64,000 bases of DNA, taken from positions 96,001 through 160,000 of the forward strand of contig CAVPCQ010000016.1 of the NCBI GenBank assembly GCA_963702425.1, read 5' to 3'. The notes under the pieces are model-generated. The model saw only the letters and a list, made by a program, of their open reading frames with translations. It was not told where the DNA came from and did no database searches. This document shows positions 33,702 through 49,205 of the stretch, one piece after another. Origin of the DNA: an uncultured Acidobacteriota bacterium (GTDB lineage: Bacteria; Acidobacteriota; Polarisedimenticolia; J045). The translations under genes and the position numbers were made by a program. Position 1 is the stretch's first letter; each line of letters opens with the position of its first letter.

Positions 33702-34849
33702 GTCGTTTTCACCCAGCGGCCGTCGCGCATCAGGGGCACGATCGCGCCGCCCTTCATGTGGAGGTCCACCGCCCGGACGGCGACGTCGGGCTGGACCTCC
33801 GGAATGTAGACCCGGTCGATGTGGACGACCTTCTCCGGCGCGCTGAACTGCGTCGGGCCGGTCACGCCGCCGAAGTGATCGCTGCGCCCGAACGCGACGT
33901 GCAGCCCGAGCTTCTCGTCGAGCAGCAGCTCCCCCACCGGCGCGATCCCGTAGTCGGCGAGGATCCCGAGCCCCAGCTCCGCGACGTTGCGATAGCCCGG
34001 CTCGCGCTCCATCTCCGCCCACTCGGCCCGCGCCACCGGCCCGTCGCCGAGCACCGCGACCACCCGGTTCCCGGCGATCCGGTAGGCGAAGATCTCGCCG
34101 CCGAGCTGCAGCGGCAGCATCCCCTCGCTGCGGGAGGGGTCGCCCTCGATCTCCCCCTCGTAGGGGACGATGTAGGTCTCGCCCGACGGCAGGTTCCCGG
34201 CGACCCCGGGCTCGGCGATCATCCCGCCGCTGGCGTGCGCGGAGCGGTGCCGCAGGTCGAGGTAGAGCCGGTGGTCCTCCTCCAGCGCCGTGGTCGCGAT
34301 CTCCGCCCCCTCCGCCGCGTCCAGCTCCTCCTTGAGCGCGCGGCAGCGGGAGTGGATCTCCATCCAGTCGAGGCGCAGCGCCGGGACCATCGCGTCGGAG
34401 AAGCCGGGCATCGTCGCCGCCCGGAAGCGATGCGCCTTCGCGGCCAGCTTGAGCGGCGCGGTGGCCGAGAACTCGGTCGGCGCGATCAGGATCTGGTGCC
34501 CGCGGTACAGCTCCTCGAACGCCGTTCCCGCGCCGGACAGCTCGTCGGCGCGCTGCGGCAGCGCGCCGCCCGCGTGCACCTGCGCGCCCGCCGGCAGGTC
34601 GGCGTTGTTGCGGCGCACGTTCCGGTAGTGGACGAGCGACACGCGGGCGAGTCCCAGCTCGCCCTTCGCGGCGTCGAGCTTCGCCGCCCAGCCGGCGGCC
34701 ATCGCGCGGCGGGCGGCCCAGGCGGCGTTGTCGGGCGTGTGCTCGTCGGGCAGATCGACCAGCACGGCGAGGCCGCGGTCGTCGGGGTGGCGCTGGAAGA
34801 CGCGCCGGACGAGGTGGACCAGCTCGAGTTCGGTCAGTGGCGCGGACAT
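33698..34849 (-). CDS. Aminopeptidase-like protein (M29/thermophilic metalloprotease-like)
   Basis: [30 protein letters not shown]. Confidence 0.7.
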   Translation of the reverse strand: MSAPLTELELVHLVRRVFQRHPDDRGLAVLVDLPDEHTPDNAAWAARRAMAAGWAAKLDAAKGELGLARVSLVHYRNVRRNNADLPAGAQVHAGGALPQRADELSGAGTAFEELYRGHQILIAPTEFSATAPLKLAAKAHRFRAATMPGFSDAMVPALRLDWMEIHSRCRALKEELDAAEGAEIATTALEEDHRLYLDLRHRSAHASGGMIAEPGVAGNLPSGETYIVPYEGEIEGDPSRSEGMLPLQLGGEIFAYRIAGNRVVAVLGDGPVARAEWAEMEREPGYRNVAELGLGILADYGIAPVGELLLDEKLGLHVAFGRSDHFGGVTGPTQFSAPEKVVHIDRVYIPEVQPDVAVRAVDLHMKGGAIVPLMRDGRWVKTT

Positions 34850-34952
34850 GGGCGCTCCCGTGGGGCTCATCGTAGCGCAGCGGCGGCCCGCCGTCGCGGG
34901 GCGCTCCGGCCCGGCGCGCGGTGCTATCGTCGCCCGCGAAAGGACCGTCCCG

Positions 34953-36570
34953 ATGCCCTCCGAACCCGTCCGCCCGCACCAGACCGAGGCCGAGATCGCG
35001 CGCCTGGCGCTCGACTTCCTCCAGCGCGTCGTCGCCGTCGACAGCCAGAGCGACGAGCACTCCGGCACGATCCCCAGCACCGAGGGGCAGCGCGAGCTGT
35101 CCCGCGCGGTGGGCGAGTTCTTCACGCAGGAGGGCTGCCGGGTCGAGATCGACCGGAACGCCAACGTGATCGCCGAGCTGGCCGGCCGCGGCGCTCCGGC
35201 CGGCGAGCCGCCGGTGGCGCTGATGGTCCACCTCGACACCACGCGGGGCACGCGCGCCGTACCGCGGCTCGCCGTGCTGCCGCGCTGGGACGGACGACCG
35301 ATCCCCTACCCCGCGAACCCCGGGCTGCTAGGTCGGCGTCGAGACCTACCCGGCGACCGCCGCGTTCGTCGGGCAGGACCTCGTCCACGGGCCGGGCGAC
35401 AATCCGTTCGGCCTGGACGACAAGCTCGGGCTGACGCACCTGATGAGCCTCGCCCGGCTGCTGCGGGGCAACTCCGGGATCCCTCACCCGCCGCTGCTCT
35501 TCATCGCCCGACCGGACGAGGAGATCGGGCGGATGGCGGCGGTCGAGGGGCTGGCCGCGGAGCTGGCGCGGCGCGGCGTCCCCTACGGCTACACGATCGA
35601 CGGGATCGTGCCGTTCGAGGTCAACGTCGAGAACTTCCACGCCTCGCAGGCGACGGTCACGTTCCCGCGGCTGCCCGTCGCGGGCGATGGCCTGCCACAG
35701 GAAATCGCGGTCGCGATCGGCGGCGTCAACACCCACGGCTGCACCGCCAAGGCCGAGGGGTACCGCGCCGCGACGCGCTTCGCGTCGCAGGTCGCAGGGG
35801 CGCTCGAAGAGGGCGGCCTGTCGCCGGCGCGGATCCTGCCGGCACGCTTCGTCACCGACGCCGCGCGCGAGTGTGACGCCGAGCTCGCGTTCCGCACCGA
35901 CGGATCGGCCGCGGCGGCGGACGCGCTCCGCCGCGCGGTCGAGGCGGCGATCGACCCACACCGCCTGCGCGGCGCGTCGTGGCGGATCGGCGAGGCGCGT
36001 CCGGCGACGGGGCCGGGCCCGATCGACGGCGCCGCGGCGGAGATGCTGCGCTTCGTGCGCGCGTTCCTGACGAGCACCCCCGGCTTCGTGCTCCCGGCCG
36101 AGGCCTCGGAGGGGCGCGAAGGCTACTCGAACCCGTTCCGGTCGGTGCCACTCGAGGCCGGCGGCGCGACCCTCGATGTCCGTCTGCGCGATTTCGACCG
36201 CGACGGCGTTGACGTGCCGCGAGCAGCACGTGGCCGCGGTGGCCATCGATTTCCCCGGCGCGCGCGTGGCGGTCCGGCAGCAGTACGTCAACATGGGTCC
36301 GCGGCTCGCCCCCATGCCCACCTCGTGGACTGGCCGCGCGAGGCGGCCGCCGCGCTGGGCCTCGCGGCGCCGGTGCTGCCGATCCGCGGCGGGACCGGCG
36401 TCGACCCCTTCCTCGATCGCGGAATCCCGGTCGCGAACCTGGGCACCGGCTACTTCGCCCCCGAAAGCGAGAAGGAGTTCACGACGCTGCAGCTGATGGC
36501 CCGCCACGCGCTGTGGCTGACGCTCCTCGTCCAGCGACTTCGGCACGCCCCGGACGACCGCGGAGCTTGA
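34953..36570 (+). CDS. Peptidase T-like M20 metallopeptidase (frameshifts near 35330 and 36210-36310)
   Basis: DSQSD...PSTEGQ, HLDT, GLDDKLG, PDEEIG, YTIDG, PIRGGT. Confidence 0.75.
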
Positions 36571-36625
36571 CCGGGCGCACGATCGGCGCGACCCTGATGG
36601 CGATCGCTTTCCAGGGAGCAGCGTG

Positions 36626-36853
36626 ATGGTCCGACCGAAGGTCTCCACCCCGCCCGCACGCGGGACCGCGCCGGACGTCCGCTACCGCGCGGTCCGGCTC
36701 GACGCCGGGCGGCTGATGCCGATCGAGGTCCGCCTCGGCCGGCGCCTGCTGCGCACGATCCCCGCCGACAGCGACGAGGGGCTGGCGCTGCTCGCCTCGG
36801 GCAAGGTCGAGATCATCCTGTTTCGCGACTGGGAGCGCGGCCGGGAACACTGA
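36626..36853 (+). CDS. Small hypothetical protein
   Basis: GGGAG RBS, 75 aa, codon usage consistent with the genome, fills an intergenic gap. Confidence 0.45.
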   Translation: MVRPKVSTPPARGTAPDVRYRAVRLDAGRLMPIEVRLGRRLLRTIPADSDEGLALLASGKVEIILFRDWERGREH

Positions 36854-36884
36854 TCCGCGCGCTACGCAGGGCGGGTCGCTCGGC

Positions 36885-37574
36885 TCAGCTTCCGGCTTTG
36901 CCGAAGCGGTAGGCGACCCCGATCTCGATCTGCCACGGATCGATGTTGATCTCTCCGATCCCTTTCAGCGAGCCTGTGGCTTCCCGGAACTCCGCCTCGG
37001 CCTGCACGAAGCGAACCGCCCCCGAGATCGCCCACGGGCCGCCCAGACCGACGTCGAGCCCAGCGCCCAGGCCGTAGATGAAGTGATCGTCGAGCTTGGC
37101 GCCGTACATGCTGTCGTACCAGACGTACCCGAGGAGCGGGCCGGCATACAGGTCGAACCGCCCCGGAGGAAGCAGGTGGACGTCGAAGACCCCGAACAGC
37201 GGGACGAACACGGTCTCGTCCGAGGCCTCGCTGACGGTGTCGGAGATCGTCGTCGCGGTCGCCGGGTCGAACACGCGGGCATGCTCGTACCGGGTGAACT
37301 CCTCCGTGACGGCGGAGAGATGGGCGGTGTACCCGAACCAGCGGCCGAAGCGCTGGGCGAACTCGAGCCCCGCGCCCGCCATGCCTTGCGCCTGGTAGGC
37401 GGCGTGCCTCTCCCCCGTGATCCCGCCCACCCCCTCGGTCTTGATTCGCGCATCGAGCTGCGCGCTGGGGCTGAAGGCCACGTAGAGGGTGCGGCCGGTG
37501 CTTTGGGCGAGCACACCCGGGCCGGCAGCGCCGAGAAGCAGCGCGAGGAGCATGCCGGCCGGGCCGATTCTCAT
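36885..37574 (-). CDS. Outer-membrane beta-barrel protein (OmpW/OmpA-TM-like)
   Basis: Signal peptide, alternating beta strands, DLYAGP, IDPWQIEIGVAYRF near the C-terminus. Confidence 0.7.
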   Translation of the reverse strand: MRIGPAGMLLALLLGAAGPGVLAQSTGRTLYVAFSPSAQLDARIKTEGVGGITGERHAAYQAQGMAGAGLEFAQRFGRWFGYTAHLSAVTEEFTRYEHARVFDPATATTISDTVSEASDETVFVPLFGVFDVHLLPPGRFDLYAGPLLGYVWYDSMYGAKLDDHFIYGLGAGLDVGLGGPWAISGAVRFVQAEAEFREATGSLKGIGEINIDPWQIEIGVAYRFGKAGS

Positions 37575-37777
37575 CGAGGTCCGCTCCGAACGGGGTCAGC
37601 CGCGGATCGTAGCAGATTGCGGTCATTTCAAGCCGCCTCGCGCGCCATCTGATTGATCGATCGTCGTACGGATCCTCGCCAGGGAGACTGACTGGGTTGT
37701 TTGGCAGCCCGGCTGGAACGGCGCTCCGATCACCAGGCGAAGCGAGGGCACGCCTCCTCCGAAGCGGACGCGCGGGG

Positions 37778-39219
37778 TCAGCGCTCGGCGGCGAGGATCG
37801 CGGCCAGCCGCTCGGCAGCGTTGTCGCCGAGCCGCTCCGCCTCGTGCGCGAGCAGCCAGCTCCGCGCCCCGGCCAGGTCGGCGAATTCTCCGTCGAGCTG
37901 CGCGTCGTAGCCCCGCGCCAGCAGCGTGCCGATCGCCGGCCCCGGCGGAAGCCCCAGCTCGATCAGGTGCCGGCCGAGCAGCACCGGCGCGGGGGCCGCC
38001 GCGGCGACGTCCTCGCACCGCGCCGCCTCGAGCAGCGCGACGACGTGCGGCGGGACGACCGCGGGCAGCGGCGGGCGCCCCATCGCGTCGGCGGTCATCA
38101 CCACCGCCAGCCCCTCGATGTTCTCGGGCGCGAGCCGCCGCGCCAGCCGCCGGATCGCGCGCGGCGTCATCTCCTGCATCCCGACCAGGTGCTCGCGCAC
38201 GAGCGGCGCGACGCGGCGGACGATCGCTTCGGGCGCCCCGATCCGCTCGAAGAAGCGCTCGGCGCGCAGCACGCCGGCCGCTTCGTGACCCGGCGAGACG
38301 ATCCGCTGGACCCCGCGCTTGACCTCGCGCTGCGTCGTCTCCGGCTTGCCGAAGTCGTGGGCCAGCACCGCCAGCGCGTAGACGACGCGCGACTCGCGGT
38401 CGGCGTCGCGCCAGCCCGGCAGCTCGACCAGCCGGTCGAGGCAGTGGCCGGTGTGGACGAAGACGTCCCCCTCGGGGTGCCACTCCGGATCCTGCGGCGT
38501 TTCGGCCAGCGCGGCGATCTCCGGGAAGAGGACCAGCCAGCCGCTGTCGGCGAGAAAGCGCAGGCCGCGCGAGGGGACGGCGCTCTGGGCCGCCCACTTG
38601 AACCACTCCTCGCGCACCCGCTCTTTCGACAGCTCGTCGAACGTGCCGACCATCTCGCGGCAGAGCGCCACCGTCTCGGGCGCGACCGCGAGGTCGAAGC
38701 GCGCCACGAACTGCATCGCCCGGAGCACGCGCAGCGGATCCTCGACGAAGGCCGGCCCGACGTGCCGCAGCACGCGCCGCTCGAGGTCGCTCGAGCCCGC
38801 CGAAGAAGTCGAGCAGCTCGCCCGGTGCGCAGGTCGAGCATCAGCGCGTTGATCGTGAAATCGCGCCGGGCGGCCGCGTCGCACGGCGCCATGTCCGGAT
38901 CGAACTCGACCTCGAACCCGCGGTGCCCGATCCCGATCTTCGAGTCGCGCCGCGGGATCGAGAGGTCGTAGGACGAGCCGGACGGAAGCGTCCACTTGAC
39001 GATCCCGAACGAGCGCCCGACCAGGTCGACCCGGCCCGCGGCCGACAGGCGCTGCGCCAGCTCGTCGAGCGAGACGCCGAAGACCTCGACGTCGACGTCC
39101 TTGGAGTCGATCCCGAGCAGGCGGTCGCGCAGATACCCGCCGACGACGTAGGCCCGCTCGAGCCCCGGCGTCGCCGCGAGGGCCACCGCGAGGTCGTCGG
39201 GCAGCGGGATCCGCACCAT
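37778..39219 (-). CDS. cca: CCA-adding enzyme / poly(A) polymerase family with HD domain (frameshift near 38810)
   Basis: VGGYLRD, KDVDVE, RRDFTINA, EDPLRVLR, HPEGDVFVHT, HDFGKP. Confidence 0.85.
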
Positions 39220-39237
39220 GCGCGGAGTCTAGCGCGG

Positions 39238-41511
39238 TCAGCGGCGCGCCGGCTCCGCCTGCGGAACGCGCGCCGTCGTCTCGTTGCCGGCGGCGTCGAC
39301 GACGGTCACGACCAGCGCGCGGCCCTCCATGGGCGCGTCGACGGCGCCCTCGAACGTCTCGACGTCGCCGTCCACGACGCCGTCCGCGGCGCCCAAGATC
39401 CGCTCCGCGCCCGGCGCGGCCGCGACTTCGCAGCCGGCGAGCCGGCCGCCCGGGTCGCGCGCGGCGATCCGCAACCCCACCTGGTCGCCCGGCAGCGGCG
39501 TCCGGTCGATCGACTCGATCACCGGCGCGGTGTGGTCGATCCGCACCGCGTCCGACACGAGCGTCCCGCTCAGTTCGGCGCCGACGGCGTTGTCGGGCGC
39601 GTCGCTGGCGGTGACCCGGAAGCGGTAGATGCCGTCCGCGAGCCGTCGCGAGTCGAAGCTGAAGAACCCCTGCTCGAGATCTTCCGCCAGGACGATCCAG
39701 TCGCGGCAGGGGACGCCGCCATCCGTGCAGTACTCCAGCCGGTAGGCGAGCGCGTCGTCGTCGGGATCCTTGGCCTGCCAGGTCACCGTCAGCGCCTCGG
39801 ATTCATAGGCGCGCTTGCTGCGCGGCGTGCTCCCCTGCTCGCCGAGCGCTTTCTGCGCGTCGGGACCACGCGGCGGCGGCACGACCGGGGCGTCGCCGGC
39901 GGCGACCGCCGACGGCGGCATCGCGCGCACCGCGACCCCCTGCGGCAGCGCGTCGACGCTCTCGACGCGCGGCGCGCGATTCGCCGCCTGGTAACGCGCC
40001 TCGGCGCGCATCGCCAGCGGAGCCGCGAGCGCGGCACCCGCCGCAGCGCCGGCCTCGATCCGCACCTGCAGGAAGCGCGCATCGGGCACGCCGGCCGCCA
40101 CGCCGGCCGCCCCGGGTGCGCCGGCGGCCCCCGGCACCGCGGTCCACTCGCTCCAGCCCGGGCCGGGCTCCGCGCTGTTGCCGGAGCGCGCCAGCACGCG
40201 CACCGGCGCGGCGCCGGCGACGACCGCGACACGGCCGAAGCGCGCGCTGCGCCGCGCGTCGAGCACGTCCGACGTCCAGCGCGCCGTCGTCGCGCGCCCG
40301 GGCCCGTAGAGCACCACCGCCGCCGGGTTGCTCGCCGCGGCGAGCACGCGCTCGCCGTCGCCGTCGAGCGCCGTCACCGCGCCGTTCTCCGGCAGCTCCG
40401 CCCACCAGCCCTCGCGACCCGCGGCGTCGAACCACCAGATCCGCGCCGGCCCCGCGGTCCCCATCAGCACGCCACCGTCGGGGCGCGCGAGCAGCGCGAG
40501 CGGCGTCTCCTTGCCGTCCGACCAGAGCGAGCGCGGCGCGCGGCCGGAGGCGATCAGCACCAGCTCGCCGCCGCCGGCCGGCATCTCCGGTGCGCGCGGC
40601 GACTCGCCCGCCGCCGGCTCCTTCGGCTTGCTGCTCTCTTCCTCGCCGGCCGCGCGCGCGCGCACGCTGATCGTCGTCGCGGGTGCCTCGCCGCCCTCGA
40701 CCTTGCGCGCGCGCTCCCCGGTACCGCCGCCCTCGGCGCGACCCGTCGCCCCGGCGAACGCCGCCCAGAGCTGTCCCTCGGGGCCGGCCGCGATCGCCGA
40801 GACCTCGGGCCGCTCGGAGTCCCAGACGACGAAGCCGCCCCCCTTGCCGTCGAGCCGCACCAGCAGCCCCGAGCCGGCGGTACCGGCATAGAGCGTACCG
40901 TCCGGCGCGAGCGCGAGCCGTCGCACGTGCGGTTCGCGCGTCTCCCACAGCGTCGTCACCTGGCGCGTCGCGTGCGCGACGCGCAGCACGCGGCCGGGCA
41001 TCCCGGTCGCCAGCGCGATGTCGCCCCCCGGCAGCACGGCGAGATCCCAGATGTAGACCGCGTCCGGCCGCGCCAGCTCCTCGAACGCACCCTTCGCCCG
41101 ATCGAAGCGATAGACCGCGCCGCGTGGACCGGTCGCCAGATAGATCTCCCCTTGCTCGCCGCGCGCGAGCGCGAAGACGTCGGGATCGGCCGGCAGCCCC
41201 GGCAGGCGCTGCGCGTCGGTGCCGGCCGCGAGTCGCCAGAGACCCATCGCCTCGCCCGACCCGGCGAGCGCTTCGTCGCCGGCCAGCAGCGCATCCCACA
41301 GCACCGGCGCCTCGGGGCGACCGAGCGTCGTCGCAGCCGGACCGGCCACCAGCGCCCCGCTCGGGGCCAGCGACATGCCTTCGAAGGTCCCCGCGCGCAG
41401 CGTCTTCCCCTCGCGCACCCAGACCTCGGTCTCGACCGCCTGCGCCGCCGGACCGGCCAGTGCGAGCCCCGCGGCGAACAGGGCGCCTCTCTTGGCCAGG
41501 GACAGACTCAT
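39238..41511 (-). CDS. Secreted beta-propeller (WD40-like) protein with C-terminal Ig/FN3-like domains
   Basis: Signal peptide; repeats ATGPRGAVY, ATGMPGRVL, GTAGSGLLV; RSGNSAEPGPGWSEW; DPDDDALAY; IDHTAP. Confidence 0.7.
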   Translation of the reverse strand: MSLSLAKRGALFAAGLALAGPAAQAVETEVWVREGKTLRAGTFEGMSLAPSGALVAGPAATTLGRPEAPVLWDALLAGDEALAGSGEAMGLWRLAAGTDAQRLPGLPADPDVFALARGEQGEIYLATGPRGAVYRFDRAKGAFEELARPDAVYIWDLAVLPGGDIALATGMPGRVLRVAHATRQVTTLWETREPHVRRLALAPDGTLYAGTAGSGLLVRLDGKGGGFVVWDSERPEVSAIAAGPEGQLWAAFAGATGRAEGGGTGERARKVEGGEAPATTISVRARAAGEEESSKPKEPAAGESPRAPEMPAGGGELVLIASGRAPRSLWSDGKETPLALLARPDGGVLMGTAGPARIWWFDAAGREGWWAELPENGAVTALDGDGERVLAAASNPAAVVLYGPGRATTARWTSDVLDARRSARFGRVAVVAGAAPVRVLARSGNSAEPGPGWSEWTAVPGAAGAPGAAGVAAGVPDARFLQVRIEAGAAAGAALAAPLAMRAEARYQAANRAPRVESVDALPQGVAVRAMPPSAVAAGDAPVVPPPRGPDAQKALGEQGSTPRSKRAYESEALTVTWQAKDPDDDALAYRLEYCTDGGVPCRDWIVLAEDLEQGFFSFDSRRLADGIYRFRVTASDAPDNAVGAELSGTLVSDAVRIDHTAPVIESIDRTPLPGDQVGLRIAARDPGGRLAGCEVAAAPGAERILGAADGVVDGDVETFEGAVDAPMEGRALVVTVVDAAGNETTARVPQAEPARR

Positions 41512-43298
41512 CGCATCGACTCCAGGGGGAGGATCTCGATCGGCACGCGCGCGATCGCCGTCACCGCGCGCTCGAGCGGCGCGCTCGCGCGGGCCACCGT
41601 CACGGCACGCACGCGCCCGGCATCGCCGGCCGCGGGGCGGGAGCGCAGCAGGAGCTGGGCCGTGCCCGGAAGCGCCGGGTACTCGCGGCCGTCCGCCACC
41701 AGCCCTTCCGCCGGCAGCGCGAGCGCGATCTCGACCGCGTCGTCGGCGAGCGACGTCTCGAAGGAGGCGAGGTAGTCGGCCGCGTCGCGGGCGGTGCGGC
41801 GCCGCGCCTCGGCCACGCCGCCCAGCTCGCCCGCCAGCGTGCGCGGCGAGCCGGCGAGCAGGACGTAGCGTCCCGGGAGCGCCGACTCGGGAACGCGCAG
41901 CGAGAGCGTCTCCCGCCGCTGGCTGCCGCGCGGCCCGTCGAACTCCAGCGCGACCCGCAGCGTCTCCCCCGGCCGCGCGACGAGCCGGTCGGGCAGCGCG
42001 CGCGTGAGCTTGTAGACCCCTTCGGGATCGACGCTCGTCACCGTCAGCTCGATCCGCGTCACCGCGGGCAGCGCCATCGGCGGCCGCATCAGCGCCACCA
42101 GCTTGCGCCCCAACTCGGCGCCGATCGCCTGCTCGTCGCCGGCCATCGCGCCGGGGCCGGTCGCCTCGAACGGCAGCCGGCGTCCATCGGCAAGCACGAT
42201 CTCGCCCTGCGCGCGCAGCACCTCCTCGCGTTCGCGCCCCAGTTCCTGGCCCAGCGCGATCCGCAGCGCGAGGTCGGCCAGGGGCGGCGCGATCATCGGG
42301 TCCTTCGCCACGCTGAACGAGCGGATCAGCGGCGCCTCGCCGGTGCGGCTGCGCTGAATCGCGAGCGACACCGGCAGCCCCTCGGGCACCGGGCCGATCG
42401 TGCCGGCCACGGCCGTCAGCCGGTCCTGGGTCATCGTCCCGGCGGGGCGGCCGACGTTGGAAATCTTGAACGAGCTGAGCAGCGACGGCACCGTCCAGGC
42501 GATCGTCGCCGGCGCGAAGGGGATCTCGGCGCGGCCCGTGCCCATGAACGGGTGACCGAAGGCGAGGATCTTCTCGCCGTCTCGCCAGGTGACCGTCCCG
42601 GTCGCGGCGAGCTGCACGTCGCCCCAGACCAGCAGCCCCGCGACCGCGTCGCCCGGCTCGAGCGCGGGCGGCGGCCCCGCCTCGGACGACAGCGCGGGCG
42701 CCACGCCGCTCGGCACGACCTGCACCGGCCGCGCCAGGCCCAGCGAGCGCAGCAGCTCGTCGCTCCCGTCGAACAGCGCCGGGTCGAGCCCGCGCGCGGC
42801 GAGCGCCAGCGGCACCGGCGCGAGCCCCGACGCGCGCGCCGAGGCGCCGAGCGTCCAGGGCGAGAGCCCGGCCGGGTAGCGCTCCAGCGCCAGCATCGTC
42901 TCGATCGGCGTGATCCCGCAGAGCGGCTCCTTCGAGAAACCGCCGATCGAGTAGGACAACGCGCCGACGAGCTTCCCGTCGACCGTGACCGGGCTCCCCG
43001 ACATCCCGGCCGCCACGCCGGTCCAGGTCCCGAGCTCGCCGCGCAGCCGGCAGAGGATCATGTCCACCCCCGGACCGATCCCGTCGTCCAGCACGCCGAG
43101 CAGCTCGATCTCGAGCGTTTCGCGCTGCGTGCCGCGCAGGACCGTCGAGAGCGTGCCGACCATCCCCGGCCGGACCTCGTCGAGCGGCAGCGTCGCCGGC
43201 GGGGCCGGCGGGGGCGCCGCGGCTGCCACCCCGGCCGCCGCCGCCAGCAGTCCGGCCGCGACGAGCGCGCCGGGGGCGAGTCGGGCGGGAAAAACCAT
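41508..43298 (-). CDS. SpoIVB peptidase S55 domain protein
   Basis: GVAAGMSGSPV, GITPIE.M, TGTVT, AFGHPFM, QDR. Confidence 0.85.
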   Translation of the reverse strand: MVFPARLAPGALVAAGLLAAAAGVAAAAPPPAPPATLPLDEVRPGMVGTLSTVLRGTQRETLEIELLGVLDDGIGPGVDMILCRLRGELGTWTGVAAGMSGSPVTVDGKLVGALSYSIGGFSKEPLCGITPIETMLALERYPAGLSPWTLGASARASGLAPVPLALAARGLDPALFDGSDELLRSLGLARPVQVVPSGVAPALSSEAGPPPALEPGDAVAGLLVWGDVQLAATGTVTWRDGEKILAFGHPFMGTGRAEIPFAPATIAWTVPSLLSSFKISNVGRPAGTMTQDRLTAVAGTIGPVPEGLPVSLAIQRSRTGEAPLIRSFSVAKDPMIAPPLADLALRIALGQELGREREEVLRAQGEIVLADGRRLPFEATGPGAMAGDEQAIGAELGRKLVALMRPPMALPAVTRIELTVTSVDPEGVYKLTRALPDRLVARPGETLRVALEFDGPRGSQRRETLSLRVPESALPGRYVLLAGSPRTLAGELGGVAEARRRTARDAADYLASFETSLADDAVEIALALPAEGLVADGREYPALPGTAQLLLRSRPAAGDAGRVRAVTVARASAPLERAVTAIARVPIEILPLESMR

Positions 43299-43563
43299 CC
43301 GGGATGGAGTCGATCGCACGCCGGGCCTCCGGGCGCTGGTGAAGGGCGGCGATTATACGGGCCGCCCCCCGGACGCGCCGACCGGCGCCCCGTTTCGCCA
43401 ACCCGGACGAAACCGACCCAGTTCGAGCTGATTCTTCCCGGTACGGCGGACTGGCCCGGCTTCGTCCGAACGGCCCGAACCGGGCGCGGAATCCGTTTGA
43501 CTACGCCGGGGCCGGAACCAAGCGTTGACCTCGGAGGGACTTTCGAGTCCAGGAGGAACGACG

Positions 43564-43905
43564 ATGGGAACCCACCCGAGAACCCGCGTGGCGGTGTTGC
43601 TCGTCGCGGCCGTGGCCGCGTGCTCGGGAGTGACCCTCGCTCTGCCCTCCGCCGCGCCGGCGGCCTCGCCGCCGGCCGCCCCCGCCAGCCCCCGGATCGC
43701 CCCGCTCGAGTTCGCGCTGTGGGTCGCCTCGGGAGCCGTTTTCGCCGGCGAGTTGGCGGTCGGCGCCGCGACGCCGACGGCCGGACCACCGGCCGCGAGC
43801 CTCCCCGGCCCGATCGACGGTGGAAAGCAGATCTCCGAGCCGAGCCCGATCCCCGAGTGGGGAACGGGCGGAGACGATCCCTCGGGGCCCTGGCCGGTCG
43901 CCTGA
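43564..43905 (+). CDS. Small exported hypothetical protein
   Basis: AGGAGG RBS, signal peptide, Pro/Ala-rich, 113 aa. Confidence 0.55.
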   Translation: MGTHPRTRVAVLLVAAVAACSGVTLALPSAAPAASPPAAPASPRIAPLEFALWVASGAVFAGELAVGAATPTAGPPAASLPGPIDGGKQISEPSPIPEWGTGGDDPSGPWPVA

Positions 43906-43981
43906 CGGGCGCACCGCGCCGGGCCGGTGCGTCGCGATCTGAGACGGTCCGGGGCTGCTAGACTGCGCGCACGGGATCCCC

Positions 43982-48856
<4,875 letters not shown>

Positions 48857-48937
48857 GACGGTTCTGCAGTCGGAGCGGTCCGGCCGCCACTCAGCCAACT
48901 CGTTGGCCAAGAGCCGCTTGGGTCGATCGGCACAGCG

Positions 48938-48953
48938 CGGCACGCGAGTTGCT
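48938..48953 (+). promoter_or_regulatory. Sigma54 (-24/-12) promoter
   Basis: CGGCACGCGAGTTGCT matches YGGCACG-N4-TTGCW, with GG at 48939-48940 and GC at 48951-48952. Confidence 0.8.
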
Positions 48954-48963
48954 CTACCCGCTC

Positions 48964-49165
48964 TCACCTCCCGGCCGCGGAACGGGGATCGAAAGGCCCG
49001 GACCGCTGCCGACCCCACAACGGCCCTCCGGGGCCGGAACGCTCGCCGGTCCCAGTCAGTCCGACAGGGCTCGACGCACCCAGGGGACCGGCGAAACCCC
49101 GCCGCGGGGCGGGCCGTGCGATCCGCCGCCATCCTGTGCCGGACGCACGGCCGCCCCGCCCTTTT
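48964..49165 (+). ncRNA. Putative sigma54-dependent structured small RNA
   Basis: No ATG; hairpins at 49021-49036 and 49043-49094 (11-bp perfect stem); terminator-like stem 49106-49157 followed by TTTT at 49162-49165. Confidence 0.55.
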
Positions 49166-49205
49166 GTCGACGGACGATGCCGGACCGGCAGCGCCGGCGC
49201 GCCCC

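Noticed and set aside
48964-49165. Structured region as tRNA-Sec or a c-di-GMP riboswitch
   Set aside because: No UCA anticodon arm or T-loop, no convincing GEMM consensus, and no downstream plus-strand gene to regulate.
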